DNA of 64,000 nucleotides from Azolla caroliniana. Taxonomy: Eukaryota; Plantae; Polypodiophyta. Under the pieces are notes generated by a model. It worked only from the letters and a program-made list of their open reading frames with translations, was not told the origin of the DNA and did not search any database. Shown here one piece after another: positions 34,917-46,000 of the stretch. The stretch is from assembly GCA_043228905.1 (NCBI GenBank), contig JBHGNT010000011.1, positions 15,376,001-15,440,000 of the forward strand. The letters are read 5' to 3'. The translations under genes were made by a program, and so were the position numbers. The stretch's first letter is position 1, and every line of letters starts with the position of its first letter.

Positions 34917-37039
34917 AAATCCTCTCGGTTATCGGAACCGAGGGAGTCGCGGTTACGCTCGTGGTTCGGCCTAACCGTCAAAAACTGGACCGAATGGCGC
35001 CCGTCCTGGCTCTTGACCCGCGCATAGGCCGAACCGTTGTCCAGCACCTTGGTCTCCATTCGAGCCGCCGTGATGTACGGCTCTCCCAGTATGACGGGGT
35101 GCGATGACGACTCCTGCACGAAGAAGTGCTGGTCTATCTCGACATCGCCGATCTTGACCCGTACATTCGGGCAGGCCCCGTGAAGTTCCTCGGTGGCGCG
35201 CGTCGCCGCCCTTATCTTCCACCCGTGCTTGGTGTTGATCGGCCATTTGCCCTTCTTATAGAAGTCCATGGACATCAGGTTGATTTCCGATCCGTGGTCC
35301 ACCAAAGCTACTACCGGTTCCTGGACATCGCCGATCTTTACCGGGGTTTCCGTGGTCGCTCGGGCCCAGTGTGGCCGCGAATAGTGGCTCTCCGCCCACT
35401 CGTCTTTCAGCGCCATGTCGTCCAGGTGCGTCGTCCGCACCTCTACCGGTCTTTCCGGTTCTGTCTCCGTTGACAGCCTCTTCCGTTTCACCAAGTCCAC
35501 GATGGAGTCGTGGAACTCCTTCTTGGCGATTCCCAGCACCTCCCGTAGCGACAACTCCACCTTGCTGTCGAGGATCCGTTCCTCCAGGACCTTTCGTAAG
35601 TCCGTGGTTCTTTCTATCTCCGTCCCCAGACGGTACCCGCCCTTCTGGGGTTTATCTTGCGTACCGGCCCCGCCGGCTTCGTCCCGTCGTGGCCCGGACC
35701 GGGTCTCGTATCGTTGTGAGGGCCCGGTCGTCCCGGGTTTCCCCACCCGCTTCTCTTCTACCAGAGCCTCGTAGTTCCGGCAAGCGGCTTCCACGAAGCC
35801 CGTCTTTTCCTCGACCGGGTCGCTCCACCCGGTCATCTCCCGTACCCGTTTCTCCGCACGGTCCGATTCCTCCCTTTTAAGCCCTGCACCGGCAAGGCCT
35901 CCCAGCATCGTCGGCCAGAATCCGGCTTTGCTTTCCTTTCGGGCCTCGCCGCCCCCGACTCGAATACCGGCCGACGCCGAGTAGTGGACGGTTTCCGCAT
36001 GTCGGGCCGCCGCCTCTTCCATCAACCTCTTCATTCCGCCTCGCCCGTCGTTTCGGTTTAGGGCCCTTCTCGTGTCGTTGGCGTGAACCCGGCCTTCCCA
36101 TAGGTACACCACCCGGTTCCTCAGCGCCTCTGCGAAATCGCCGCAGTCTTTTCGGATGTGGCCGACCCCGTCGCACCACATGCACCTGTTCCCTGCCGCC
36201 GGCCGTCGGTCACGAGCAGGTCCTCCGTCTTCTCTGCGGGCCTGTGCGATTTGGAGGTCTTTTATCGCCCTCGTCAGTTCCTCCAACGCAGCTCCTCCAG
36301 TCGAGCCTCTGATCACGCCGGTCGGAGCTGAACCGGATTCCAGCCACTCCCGAGTCTCTTCCCTTCGCACCGGCTGCGCCGGCTCGAGTTTCCTCGCCGC
36401 GACTGAGCCCGAACCGGTTGCTCTGTCATCCTCCCATTCTCGCCGTTTGTCGAAACGGCCGCAGGCTCTCTTGACCGCCGCCCAGTCGGCTGTCAGCCCG
36501 TCTTCGGTTTCTAGCAGGGCGCCCACGTGACTCCGATCCCTCTCGTCAACCGATTTGACGAACAGCAGGACCCGGCTTGTATCCAGGACCATCCTGTCAA
36601 GCGCCGAAAGGCGCGCGAAGTTCTCCTCGAACTCCCGGAGGAGTGCCGACGCATTCCTTCCTTTCCCGGGAGACTCCACCCACTCCATGAAGCTTCGCTT
36701 CGAAAGCCGGAGCGCGTCGTCCAGTCCGTATTTCTCCAGGAGCCGACCTTCGAACTCCTCCCAGGTACGGCTCTCCGCCCGCACCTCGAGCACCTCCGCG
36801 TGAATGCTCGGCATCGCCACTCGGGGAAAACCGGCAAGACGCCTGTCTTCCGGAATGTCCCGCATTAACATTTCCGCACCGTAGGACGCCAGGTACTTCG
36901 TGGCATCTTTTCCAGTGAATCGACCGATCGTTCCGACGACCGCCTCAATAGCTCTATCGAGGGCGCCGGTGCCCTCGCGCGCGCTTACTATCCGATCCAC
37001 GGCCGAAGCCATGGCCTCTGCAAGATCCGCCCCCTTCAT
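34913..37039 (-). CDS. Gypsy G ORF1: Gag plus protease (708 aa)
   Basis: The ATG lies just after the PBS. Contains CMWCDGVGHIRKDC and ALVDHGSEINLM, and ends REDF-TAG as in D. Confidence 0.92.
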   Translation of the reverse strand: MKGADLAEAMASAVDRIVSAREGTGALDRAIEAVVGTIGRFTGKDATKYLASYGAEMLMRDIPEDRRLAGFPRVAMPSIHAEVLEVRAESRTWEEFEGRLLEKYGLDDALRLSKRSFMEWVESPGKGRNASALLREFEENFARLSALDRMVLDTSRVLLFVKSVDERDRSHVGALLETEDGLTADWAAVKRACGRFDKRREWEDDRATGSGSVAARKLEPAQPVRREETREWLESGSAPTGVIRGSTGGAALEELTRAIKDLQIAQARREDGGPARDRRPAAGNRCMWCDGVGHIRKDCGDFAEALRNRVVYLWEGRVHANDTRRALNRNDGRGGMKRLMEEAAARHAETVHYSASAGIRVGGGEARKESKAGFWPTMLGGLAGAGLKREESDRAEKRVREMTGWSDPVEEKTGFVEAACRNYEALVEEKRVGKPGTTGPSQRYETRSGPRRDEAGGAGTQDKPQKGGYRLGTEIERTTDLRKVLEERILDSKVELSLREVLGIAKKEFHDSIVDLVKRKRLSTETEPERPVEVRTTHLDDMALKDEWAESHYSRPHWARATTETPVKIGDVQEPVVALVDHGSEINLMSMDFYKKGKWPINTKHGWKIRAATRATEELHGACPNVRVKIGDVEIDQHFFVQESSSHPVILGEPYITAARMETKVLDNGSAYARVKSQDGRHSVQFLTVRPNHERNRDSLGSDNREDF

Positions 37040-37803
37040 TTCCTACTCTTCTGCCGCCTCTTTCACGTCGGGTTCACCAAGATGTCGGGGTTGCTACGCC
37101 CTTGCGTGTAGAAAGGAGGAGGGACCACGGGGGTCTCGAACCGAAGAGCAAGAGAGAGAGGAGTAAGAGAGAGAGACCCGATTACACAGAACCGAAGATC
37201 CGATTGCGCAGAACCGACGATTGCACAGGGACACGGCCCAACAAACAGAGATCACAAATAGACGCCGACGCAGATGGACGCAACAACGAGAGATATGTGC
37301 TTATGAACGCAAGAAAATAACAGACTAAAGTATTACAACCCACGGTGGGGCACAAAATAGATACTAACGGAAACGAACAGGGCGGCGAACAGCTGCCGAC
37401 CCCTGTATGTCGCGACGCACAGAAGGGGAAAACAGGTCGGAGGTGCTGCAGGACGCACTCGGGGCGTTCCACGGAACAGCGCAAGCCTCCTCGAAACCTG
37501 CACAGGTACGCGATGGAGCAGAAGACAGAGAGAGCAGGAGTGAGAGAGAAGCTCCGAAATCGGTTCGGCAGCACTTTGTCCTCTCCGCGGGAGATGTCCG
37601 ACTTCTATTCTTCCTCTTCCTTTTATAGCCCGTCAAGAGGCCGTTTGGCATTAACTGCATACCAACCGAATCTGCCCACCTAGGATCCTCGTATGTACCT
37701 ACTTCGTCCTTAGGTACTTCTTGGCGCGCGTGTGTGTGTAGAGCCGTTTCCCACGCCTTGTTCCTCCGATTCCTCTTGTGGGCGGTTTTCTTCACGACAA
37801 CGC

Positions 37804-38371
37804 ACTATGGGCGGACCGGACTACGCACAGTTGGGTGATAGGGTTCATGCCGGCGGAGCTAATGTATGGACAGAGGCCGATCACGCCGGTGGAGCGGATG
37901 GTTTCTTCGTGGGCGATGGTAGATTGGAAGGACGAAATGAGCCGGGAGGAGTTGCTGGCAGCGCGGATTCGGCAACTCGAGCGGAGGCCGGAGGACGTGA
38001 TACGGGCGAACGAAAGGCTGCGAGCGGCAAGGGAGCGGAACAAGATCCGGTTCAACCGAACGCATCGATTGCGACCAAAGAAGATCGAGGAAGGCGACTA
38101 GGTCTTGGTATACGACAGCAGCCTCGACAATCAGCACAAGGCGGTGCAAAAGTTTGCTAGCAGATGCTTCGGGCCCTACATGGTGACGAGCGCGAACGGC
38201 AACGGCACGTACCACCTCGCGGAACTCAACGGGACACGGTTAGCGGTGCTGGTGGCCGGAAAGCGGATCAAAGCTTTCAAAAAGCGGTTCGAAGACGAGC
38301 CGGAGCCTGCGAGCGGGAGCGACAACGACGATCAGTTCGGGTCCGGCGGAGAACCGGAGAGCAACGAGTGA
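37804..38371 (+). pseudogene. Gypsy E integrase, C-terminal part
   Basis: Translation resumes LWADRTTHS...RLRPKKIEEGD*...FGPY...GKRIKAFK, continuing the sequence cut at 30635. Confidence 0.88.
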
Positions 38372-39247
38372 GGCCGGTTTAGGGTAGGCGCATGCCGGTG
38401 GATGCGCGGTTTGGTGGGGGTGGATGTCGTGAAGAAAACCGGCCATAGGCGGAATTGGAGAGAAAGCGCGTAAACCGGCCCTTACATGGATGAACGCGTG
38501 ACTGGATACTTTGCACGCGAACTGGTGGATGTAACTACTAAGCCGCACGCATTTATTAGAGGGGATTGTGCGTATCCCGGTCAAGGGGGGGGGACAGGGA
38601 ATAAAGGCAAGAGGAGAAGAGAAGGATGATATCGCGCACGAGCAGAAGGAAGGAGGTTGCGGCAGAACGGAAGGCGGAGCTCTCTCTCTACGACTCGAAT
38701 CGTCGCTCCCTACGGGTGTCAGGAGGTCGCTATCTCTGCTTCGTGGACAGCCCGTGCGCTTCCAGCAGAGTCGCTCCCCTTCCCCTTTGTTTCCTTGAGT
38801 CGATGACTGTCGTCGGTGTGCGTGAGTAGGGTCCCCGTGTCGGGCCCGTCGCCGCTTTGTCGGTTGTAATCGTCAGAGTCTGTAATCTCTGTCATTATAA
38901 TTAAGTGTTGTGTTCTGTTTCTCTCTTCTCGCTTCTACGTGTTGGTGAATCTTTCTCTCTCTCTCTCTCTCGCTCCTCGGTCCAAGACCCCCGTGGTCCC
39001 GCCCCTTTCTACACGTACGCGCGTAACAACGCGACAACGTACACAATGATGGTATACATTACATGATGGTTCGTGTTGAAATGTAAAACCTCAATACAAT
39101 GGTTTATTGTGAGCTTTACATGATGGCTCCGATTGAGGTTTAAAACCTGAAAATGATGGTCTCTTGTGAGGTATATGGTTTTTGTCAAGGTTTTTAGCCT
39201 GAACACAATCTTTATATGTTTGTCCTTGCCAAAACCTTGAAGGGCCT

Positions 39248-42200
39248 TGTAAAGAATCGGGTGTGATTCTTGTGTAGCGGAATAGGTGTGAACTGTGTGT
39301 ATGAGAGAGAGAGAGAGAGAGAGACAAGGAGTGAGACACAGAGTATACACAAGGTAGATTATATTAACAAAGGAAAAAGACTCGACACAATACAAGGTGG
39401 GAGGACGGTGCTTTATATAGTCACCCTCTCTCTTCATTAACTACAAGACTCATGGAGCATGGGGAATGTGAAAGCTCATAAGTTATGTGTCATAGAATAT
39501 GATTCTATGACTCATACTAAATGCTAGAATACAAAGAGGTGACATAATGGGTGACTCTTGACCGTTGGAGTGTCTATTCACTCTCAAGGTGAGTTCACAC
39601 ACTAGACCAAGTTGAGCTTGATTCTCAACATGCCCCCTCAAGCTCAAGTCGGGTCGGTTTCAGACTGTATCCGTAATCCGCTTTGACTAGCGTTCCAGAG
39701 TCCGCGTCGACTCGCATTTATGCGGAGTTGCTAAAACCATGCTCCAGCTTGCGTTGTGCGTAGTTGCGAAGTCTGTGCTTCGGCTTGCGTCTTTCTTCGC
39801 GGCTTTGCACGGTAGATCGGCTCTTCGCGGCTTCGTTGCGTGGTTGCGTAATCCACGCGTTCTTGCATATTGTGCGTGGCTTGCGGAATCCACGTGTTAT
39901 TGTGTAATGTCTTCACTACTCCCCCTCAAGCTTGGCAGGTCAAGGATCGTCAATCCAAGATCGGTCATGAATTGCCACAACTTGTCAGCTCCTAAGGCTT
40001 TAGTGAAGATGTCGGTCGTTTGAAGATTTGTGCTAATGTGTTGTAGGTCGACATCGCCAGCTAGAATGCACTCTCGGATCAAGTGATAGTGCACTTCGAT
40101 GTGCTTTGTCCGCGGGTGGAACACCGGGTTTCGAGCCAGATAGATTTGATGAAGATATTGTGTTATCTTCGAATGCCAAGCACGTGGTGCTTGCTTGAGG
40201 CCGTAGGGGGGCTTCTTGAGTCGGCATACAGCTTTCGGAAGGGTGCTTGAGTTGAAGCCGGGTGGTTGTATCATGTACACCTTTTCTTCTAATTCGCCTT
40301 GTAGAAAGGCGTCTTTGACGTCCATTTGATGGAGGTGCCACCCTTTCGCCGCGGCAAGCGCAATTACGGTCCACACCGTCGTCATCTTTGCCACTGGGGA
40401 CCAGGTTTCTTCGTAGTCAACGCCATGTGTCTGAGCGTATCCTTTCGCTACGAGTCGAGTTTTGTAGCGGTTTACGAAGCCATCGGCGTTATACTTCACC
40501 TTGTAGATCCATCTGCATCCGATCGCCTTTTTGTGTGGTGAGATGGGAACGAGATCCCACGTCTCGTTCTTGCGTAGTACCTGCATCTCATCGTTCATGG
40601 CTTCGATCCATCGCGGATCCTTGGCTGCTTCGGAGAATGTTTCCAGCTCCCGTATTGTTGCTACCTTCATAATAAAGGCGTAATGGTACGCCATATAATC
40701 GTTGTAGCCGAATCGGCTCGTGAGCAAAGGTCTCCTCGTAGTCAACTCCGTGCGATTTGGTGTAGCCTTTCACTACGAGACGCGCTTTGTAGCGGTTGAC
40801 GGAGCTGTAGGCGTTGTACTTCACTTTGTATATCCATCTGCATCTGATCGCCTTTTTGTGTGGTGAGGTGGGAACGAGATCCCACGTCTCGTTCTTGCGT
40901 AGTGCCTGCATCTCCTTGTTCATGGCTTCGATCCATCGCGAATCCTTGGCTGCTTCGGAACAGGTTTCCGGCTCTCGTACTGTTGCTACCTTCATCATAA
41001 AGGCGTAATGGTACGCCATATAATCGTTGTAGCCGAATCTCCTTACGGGGTTCTTTTCACGGGTGGATCGGCGAAGCTCTTCATTTGCAGAGATGAGGGC
41101 TTTCTTAGCTCCGATTGGTACCTCGAAACCGCCAAACTCACTGTCGAATGACTGAGTCGACTCATCCTCGTCGAAGTGATCGTCTGCATATTCCGCCATT
41201 TTCGACTTGCCTTTGTCCATCTTCGGGCTAGGCCGTGATGTGCTTTAATTGCTCAAAGGCTCTTGTGGTCCGCTCATTCGGGTCGTGATCGGACTTCATC
41301 TCGCGTGAATCGAGAATGAACATCCGGCCCTCTCTTCGTCCGCGTGCGATGAGTCGGCCCTCTTTTTCGATGAAGCAACCGACTTGATTAAATCGAACTT
41401 ACATCCCTTGCTCTACAATTTGGCCGACATTTTTAATGTAATTTTGCTTACCTTCTTTTCCAAACGGAACATTGTCGATGTGCCGAATCGGGTGCGTAGT
41501 GTCATCTCCGGTTTCGACATAACTGGGTCACTCCGGCTCTCGAAGTTCGAGAAACCATTCTTTATCAGATGTCATATGGTTTGAGGCTCCGGAGTCAACA
41601 AACCATACGTCCTCCGGATTGAGGGCACTAGTTGAGGTTTCATTATGAACATTCCGCCACGGTCGAAGTTGTGTGCATACATTCCGCCACGATCTTCGTA
41701 GTCGGAGTTGTTCCCGTACATTCCGCTATACTCTTCATAGTCGGAATTGTGCGCGTACATTCCGCCACGGTCGGAGTTGCGTGCATACATTCCGCCACGA
41801 TCTTCATAGTCAGAGTTGTGCCCGTACATTCCACTATACTCTTCGTAGTCGGAATTGTGCGTGTAATTTGTGAGTTGTCGGCTTGTGGAAGTCGATTCGT
41901 GCATCTTCTTTCGGCACTCTTCTTCGTGGTGGCCGAGCTTTCCGCAATATCCGCATTCAGTTGCGTTTTGACGGCTCGGGCCGGAGTGGAAGCTCCCCCT
42001 TCTTGCGAAGGTTCCTCATTGGCTTCCATTTTGCGGCCGAAATTGGGAGTTGTTGTCGTAGGTCGGATCTCGTCCGCCTTGTCCTTGGCCGAATTGGCCT
42101 CTCGCTCGTCCGCGTCCTCTTCCTCCGTTCGAATGCGTGTAGAGCATGTAGCCTTCCGACTCATTGCTCATTGTACGCACGTGGTTTTCTTCGACCAATA

Positions 42201-42723
42201 GCATTGATTGGAGCTCGAAGAAGGAGGGAGATTCTCCCATGCCTCCTTCGACGTCTTGGCTCCGCGAATGTAGCCGAGCATGTGATCATGAACACATGTC
42301 GCCAAGCAATACATCACACAGCTTGCGGCTTGCTCCCATGTCGCGTATCCGGGAGCCGCTTCGGCGGGCCGATCTTCATGCGCTCCTTTGATGTAGCTCC
42401 AATAGCCTTGTCCAACAAGGTATTGGTGCATCTTGTACTCCCAAGATGCGAAGTTGGTTCGATCCAACTTCTCGGTAGGGAGAGCGCTCCCCATTTGAGT
42501 ATTCATTATGTCGATTCTTCTTCTTCTTCTTCTTCTTCTCTCTTTGAATGCGAGCTATGTAGCGAAGCTACTATAGCGATGAGCCAGTTCTTGGTCATCG
42601 GCATGGAACACAACACACGATCACGATGAGGCGAATGGGCTAGATCGAGCTACCAAATCGCTCTAATACCATGTAAAGAATCGGGTGTGATTCTTGTGTA
42701 GCGGAATAGGTGTGAATTGTGTG

Positions 42724-42777
<54 letters not shown>

Positions 42778-43077
42778 AGTGAGACACAGAGTATACGCAA
42801 GGTAGATTATATTAACAAAGGAGAAAGACTTGACACAATACAAGGTGGGAGGAGGGTGCTTTATATAGTCACCCTCTCTCTTCATTAACTACAAGATTCA
42901 TGGAGCATGGGGAATGTGAAAGCTCATAAGTTATGTGTCATAGAATATGATTCTATGACTCATACTAAATGCTAGAATACAAAGAGGTGACATAATGGTG
43001 ACGCTTGACCGTTGGAGTGTCTATTCACTCTTAAGGTGAGTTCACACACTAGACCAAGTTGAGCTTGATTCTCAACA
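39248..43077 (-). mobile_element. Copia H, internally deleted and duplicated non-autonomous member of family A
   Basis: LTRs 39248-39630 and 42672-43077 match the A LTRs in inverted orientation. TSD GGCCT/AGCCT (one mismatch). PBS TGGTATTAGAGC at 42660-42671. Only gag, RT and RNase H fragments remain. Confidence 0.92.
41650..41865 (-). repeat. Coding higher-order tandem repeat (39+39+30 bp, two copies) between gag and PR of H
   Basis: Translation HNSDYEEYSGMYGHNSDYEDRGGMYARNSDRGGMYAHNSDYEEYSGMYGNNSDYEDRGGMYAHNFDRGG. Element A has one copy at ~8155-8255. Confidence 0.85.
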
Positions 43078-46000
43078 AGCCTAAAACTGTAATCCTTGGA
43101 ATGTACACTTAGAGCCTCGTAATCGTACTGATATTTTTTGTCCAAGGACTAGATTGTGTTGGGAAGAGAATATTGTTAATACCCTGAATTACCAACTAAT
43201 ACTAATCAATAGTCATGGTTAGAATTAACGTTATACTCTTGAATTATAAAAATAGTAGATCACGACTTGTGACTAATTAGCAAGATGAAGAAAACAAGAA
43301 AATGAACACAAGGGTTAAAGAACAAAGGAATAAAAAATTATCAACTTACGTAATTTTTCATTAGTGCAATGTTAATTACAAGTTGTTGATAATACAATGA
43401 CTAGGGTCTTAACTTATAATTAGGAAAATGATTGAGAGAGAGAGAGAGAGTATAATAGAATAGAAATTTTATCGTCCATGATGAGGTCAAATTTGACCTA
43501 TGGGACCAAATCAACATATCATCTTATATGTGAATCTTGACTATATAGTAAAATATCTCCATGTGAAAATAATGCATGGACTTATGTGCTCACCATTCTT
43601 GGGGGAAGTTTGAGTATGACACTCACATTATCATGCCCATTTAACAAGTCATCATATATTTCACGAATTAACTTATATGATGAGCATGCGATAACTAAGT
43701 TGTATTCATCTTCCATTAGGTTTTCATTCCATACCTTCATGTTTGCATGTTGATGCCATGATCGTACCTGAACACCTAACTTGCACGAGCTAGTTCGGAG
43801 TAGTGTTAAGGCTCTTTCATAGCCAAGGGTCAAGGGAGTAGTGAGGTGTGATTGGATATGTTTTGACATTTTTTACTTGTATTGAGATATAGATAGATAG
43901 ATTATTTTATTGTCTTCAGAGGTAAAATATGACCTATGAGACCAAAAATATTACATTTCATGTGATAAGTGTGAAAGTGAGTCGCGACTCTCAATGTTCA
44001 AGAACTTTACAAATGAATGTTGCAATCGAGAGTGCACATTGTGATTGTGAGAGAAATTTGTGCAAGGATTGGGCTTGGTCGAAGATGTGTGGAAAGCATG
44101 GTCGAATATGATCAAAGGCAAAGAATTGTATCAAAGTGTGATGCTCAAACTCTTGAACTTGTTTAGCACAAAGTGTGCATAGTCAACCACTTTCATCACT
44201 TGTGCCCCAACGCCCCATCTCAAATCGCAATGCTCTTTATAATATGACCATGTTTCTTCTCTTCATTTGGTCCATGACCAATTTATATTGGAAATATTAA
44301 TCCATATAAGGTTTGTTAAAACTAAAGAAAATGACATTATTTCTTGTAACAAGGCTCAAGGCCAAGTAGAGCTCTTTAGTATAGTTGAAATGCATTCACA
44401 CTGACACGCTTGCGATTACATTATATCAATGAGAAGAAACCACTAACATTTTTTTATGAGATCCTAAAGATACAAACACATTAAATTGGCCAAATTGGTA
44501 CTTCAAGTATCTAAGAGCTTTTCTCTTAAATCGGTTACAAGGATTTCATATTAAAAATGATTAATGAAACATTGAAAACGAACTAATTTTCACCTTAATG
44601 AGTAATTTTCCATGCAAAAACTTGGATACATAACGACAATTGTATGCAAGAACGATGTGGCAATATTGAATATAATAAGATATCACGTGTTAAATCATAA
44701 TGTAAGATATTATCAACATCCCCACAAATGTTTGCTTTTACGAACTTGGGTCTGGACTTACTTTTTTCATGACCCAAGGGTTGAAAATATTACGATGCAT
44801 AAACCAATGGTAACAAACAATATAAAGAAAGAAGCATATAAACAATTACAAATGTAGAACAACATGATAAACTCCTTAACAATTAGATTATCTCATGTGC
44901 TTCATGTAATGTATATTGTAAAAGGATATTTATGTTGTCAAAATTCAAGAAGGATATAGAGGCCCACTCCACGGAGATCAACACACGAGGAGATATAGTG
45001 TTTGAGGTCAGTAGACAAGTACATGCAAATGGAAGTGCTAAGAATCTCATTTGCAGATACAAGAGTATGTTATTTGGATGCATATACAAAAGGCACAAAT
45101 TTTGTATGATTCTGGAGGACTAAGTGCACTCTATGTAACATGGCTTTAATAGAATAAGATGATAAAGATTACAAAATTACCATGATACTGGCTTGAGCAT
45201 CATCATTGTGTGTGCTTCATTTTGATTTGGAATGGGTTTATATAAGGCATCACAAATGTTCATGACAAATTAGTAACCTATTCAAATTCCCCGATTATAA
45301 ATACTTAAAAAAACAACAAGAAGTTTTTGACAACCATGGGTATACGGTATACCCTAACAAAATAACACTAAACCTCACACTGTGAGAAGGAAACAACCAA
45401 CGTGGGGGTTGGTAGTTCCACCTTTGGCCACTTCCTCCTAGCATCACCATAGGTGTGTTCTGCCATTTTTGCCAAAAGCGCAAACGGGCAGTGGCCACGT
45501 CATTGGAGTGGTTGTAAACCTTGTCCAATTGCCCTCATGGAGTCTGTTCATACTGACCGACACTAAAGGCCACTGCTTTTAGTTATAGGTATCTACTTAC
45601 TTTAGGTCGTCGGTTTGAAATACTATGTAAGTAGTCTCATTTTCTTGATCTTGATCGGAGGGAGATTCCCCGTTTTGTGTATAAGCTTCCTTGTATAGTC
45701 TCCTTGTAATAATCCTTCCTAACTAATGGGAAAGTAGCTTTATTTTGGAAAAAAAAAACACTAAACCTCGCACTAACTACATATTATATGTATGTTTGAC
45801 TATTAAAATAATATGATAGTTACGTAAATATAATAGTGTACAAAGACTAGGTAAATGGCACAAGAAACTAGCAATGCTTTGAATCTCAATGTACCTTATT
45901 CTTATCACGTCAATAGAGAGGTTCCAAATAGTCATGGTCCGTAGACACTTGATAGTTTAAATTGTTGTCGCGTACAAACATATTTTGATATTTTTATCAC

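Larger units (their letters stand above)
30636..37799 (-). mobile_element. Gypsy G, intact, inserted in antisense orientation in the integrase of E
   Basis: LTRs 30636-31352 and 37083-37799 (717 bp each, one substitution seen). 4-bp TSD ACGC at 30632-30635 and 37800-37803. Trp PBS at 37062-37079. PPT at 31353-31369. Confidence 0.96.
24213..39036 (+). mobile_element. Gypsy E, older degenerate member of the same lineage and host of two insertions
   Basis: LTRs 24213-24845 and 38425-39036. 4-bp TSD ACGT at 24209-24212 and 39037-39040. Degenerate Trp PBS TCGTGAACCCGACGTGAA at ~24851. PPT GGTTTGGTGGGGGTGGA. Confidence 0.93.
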
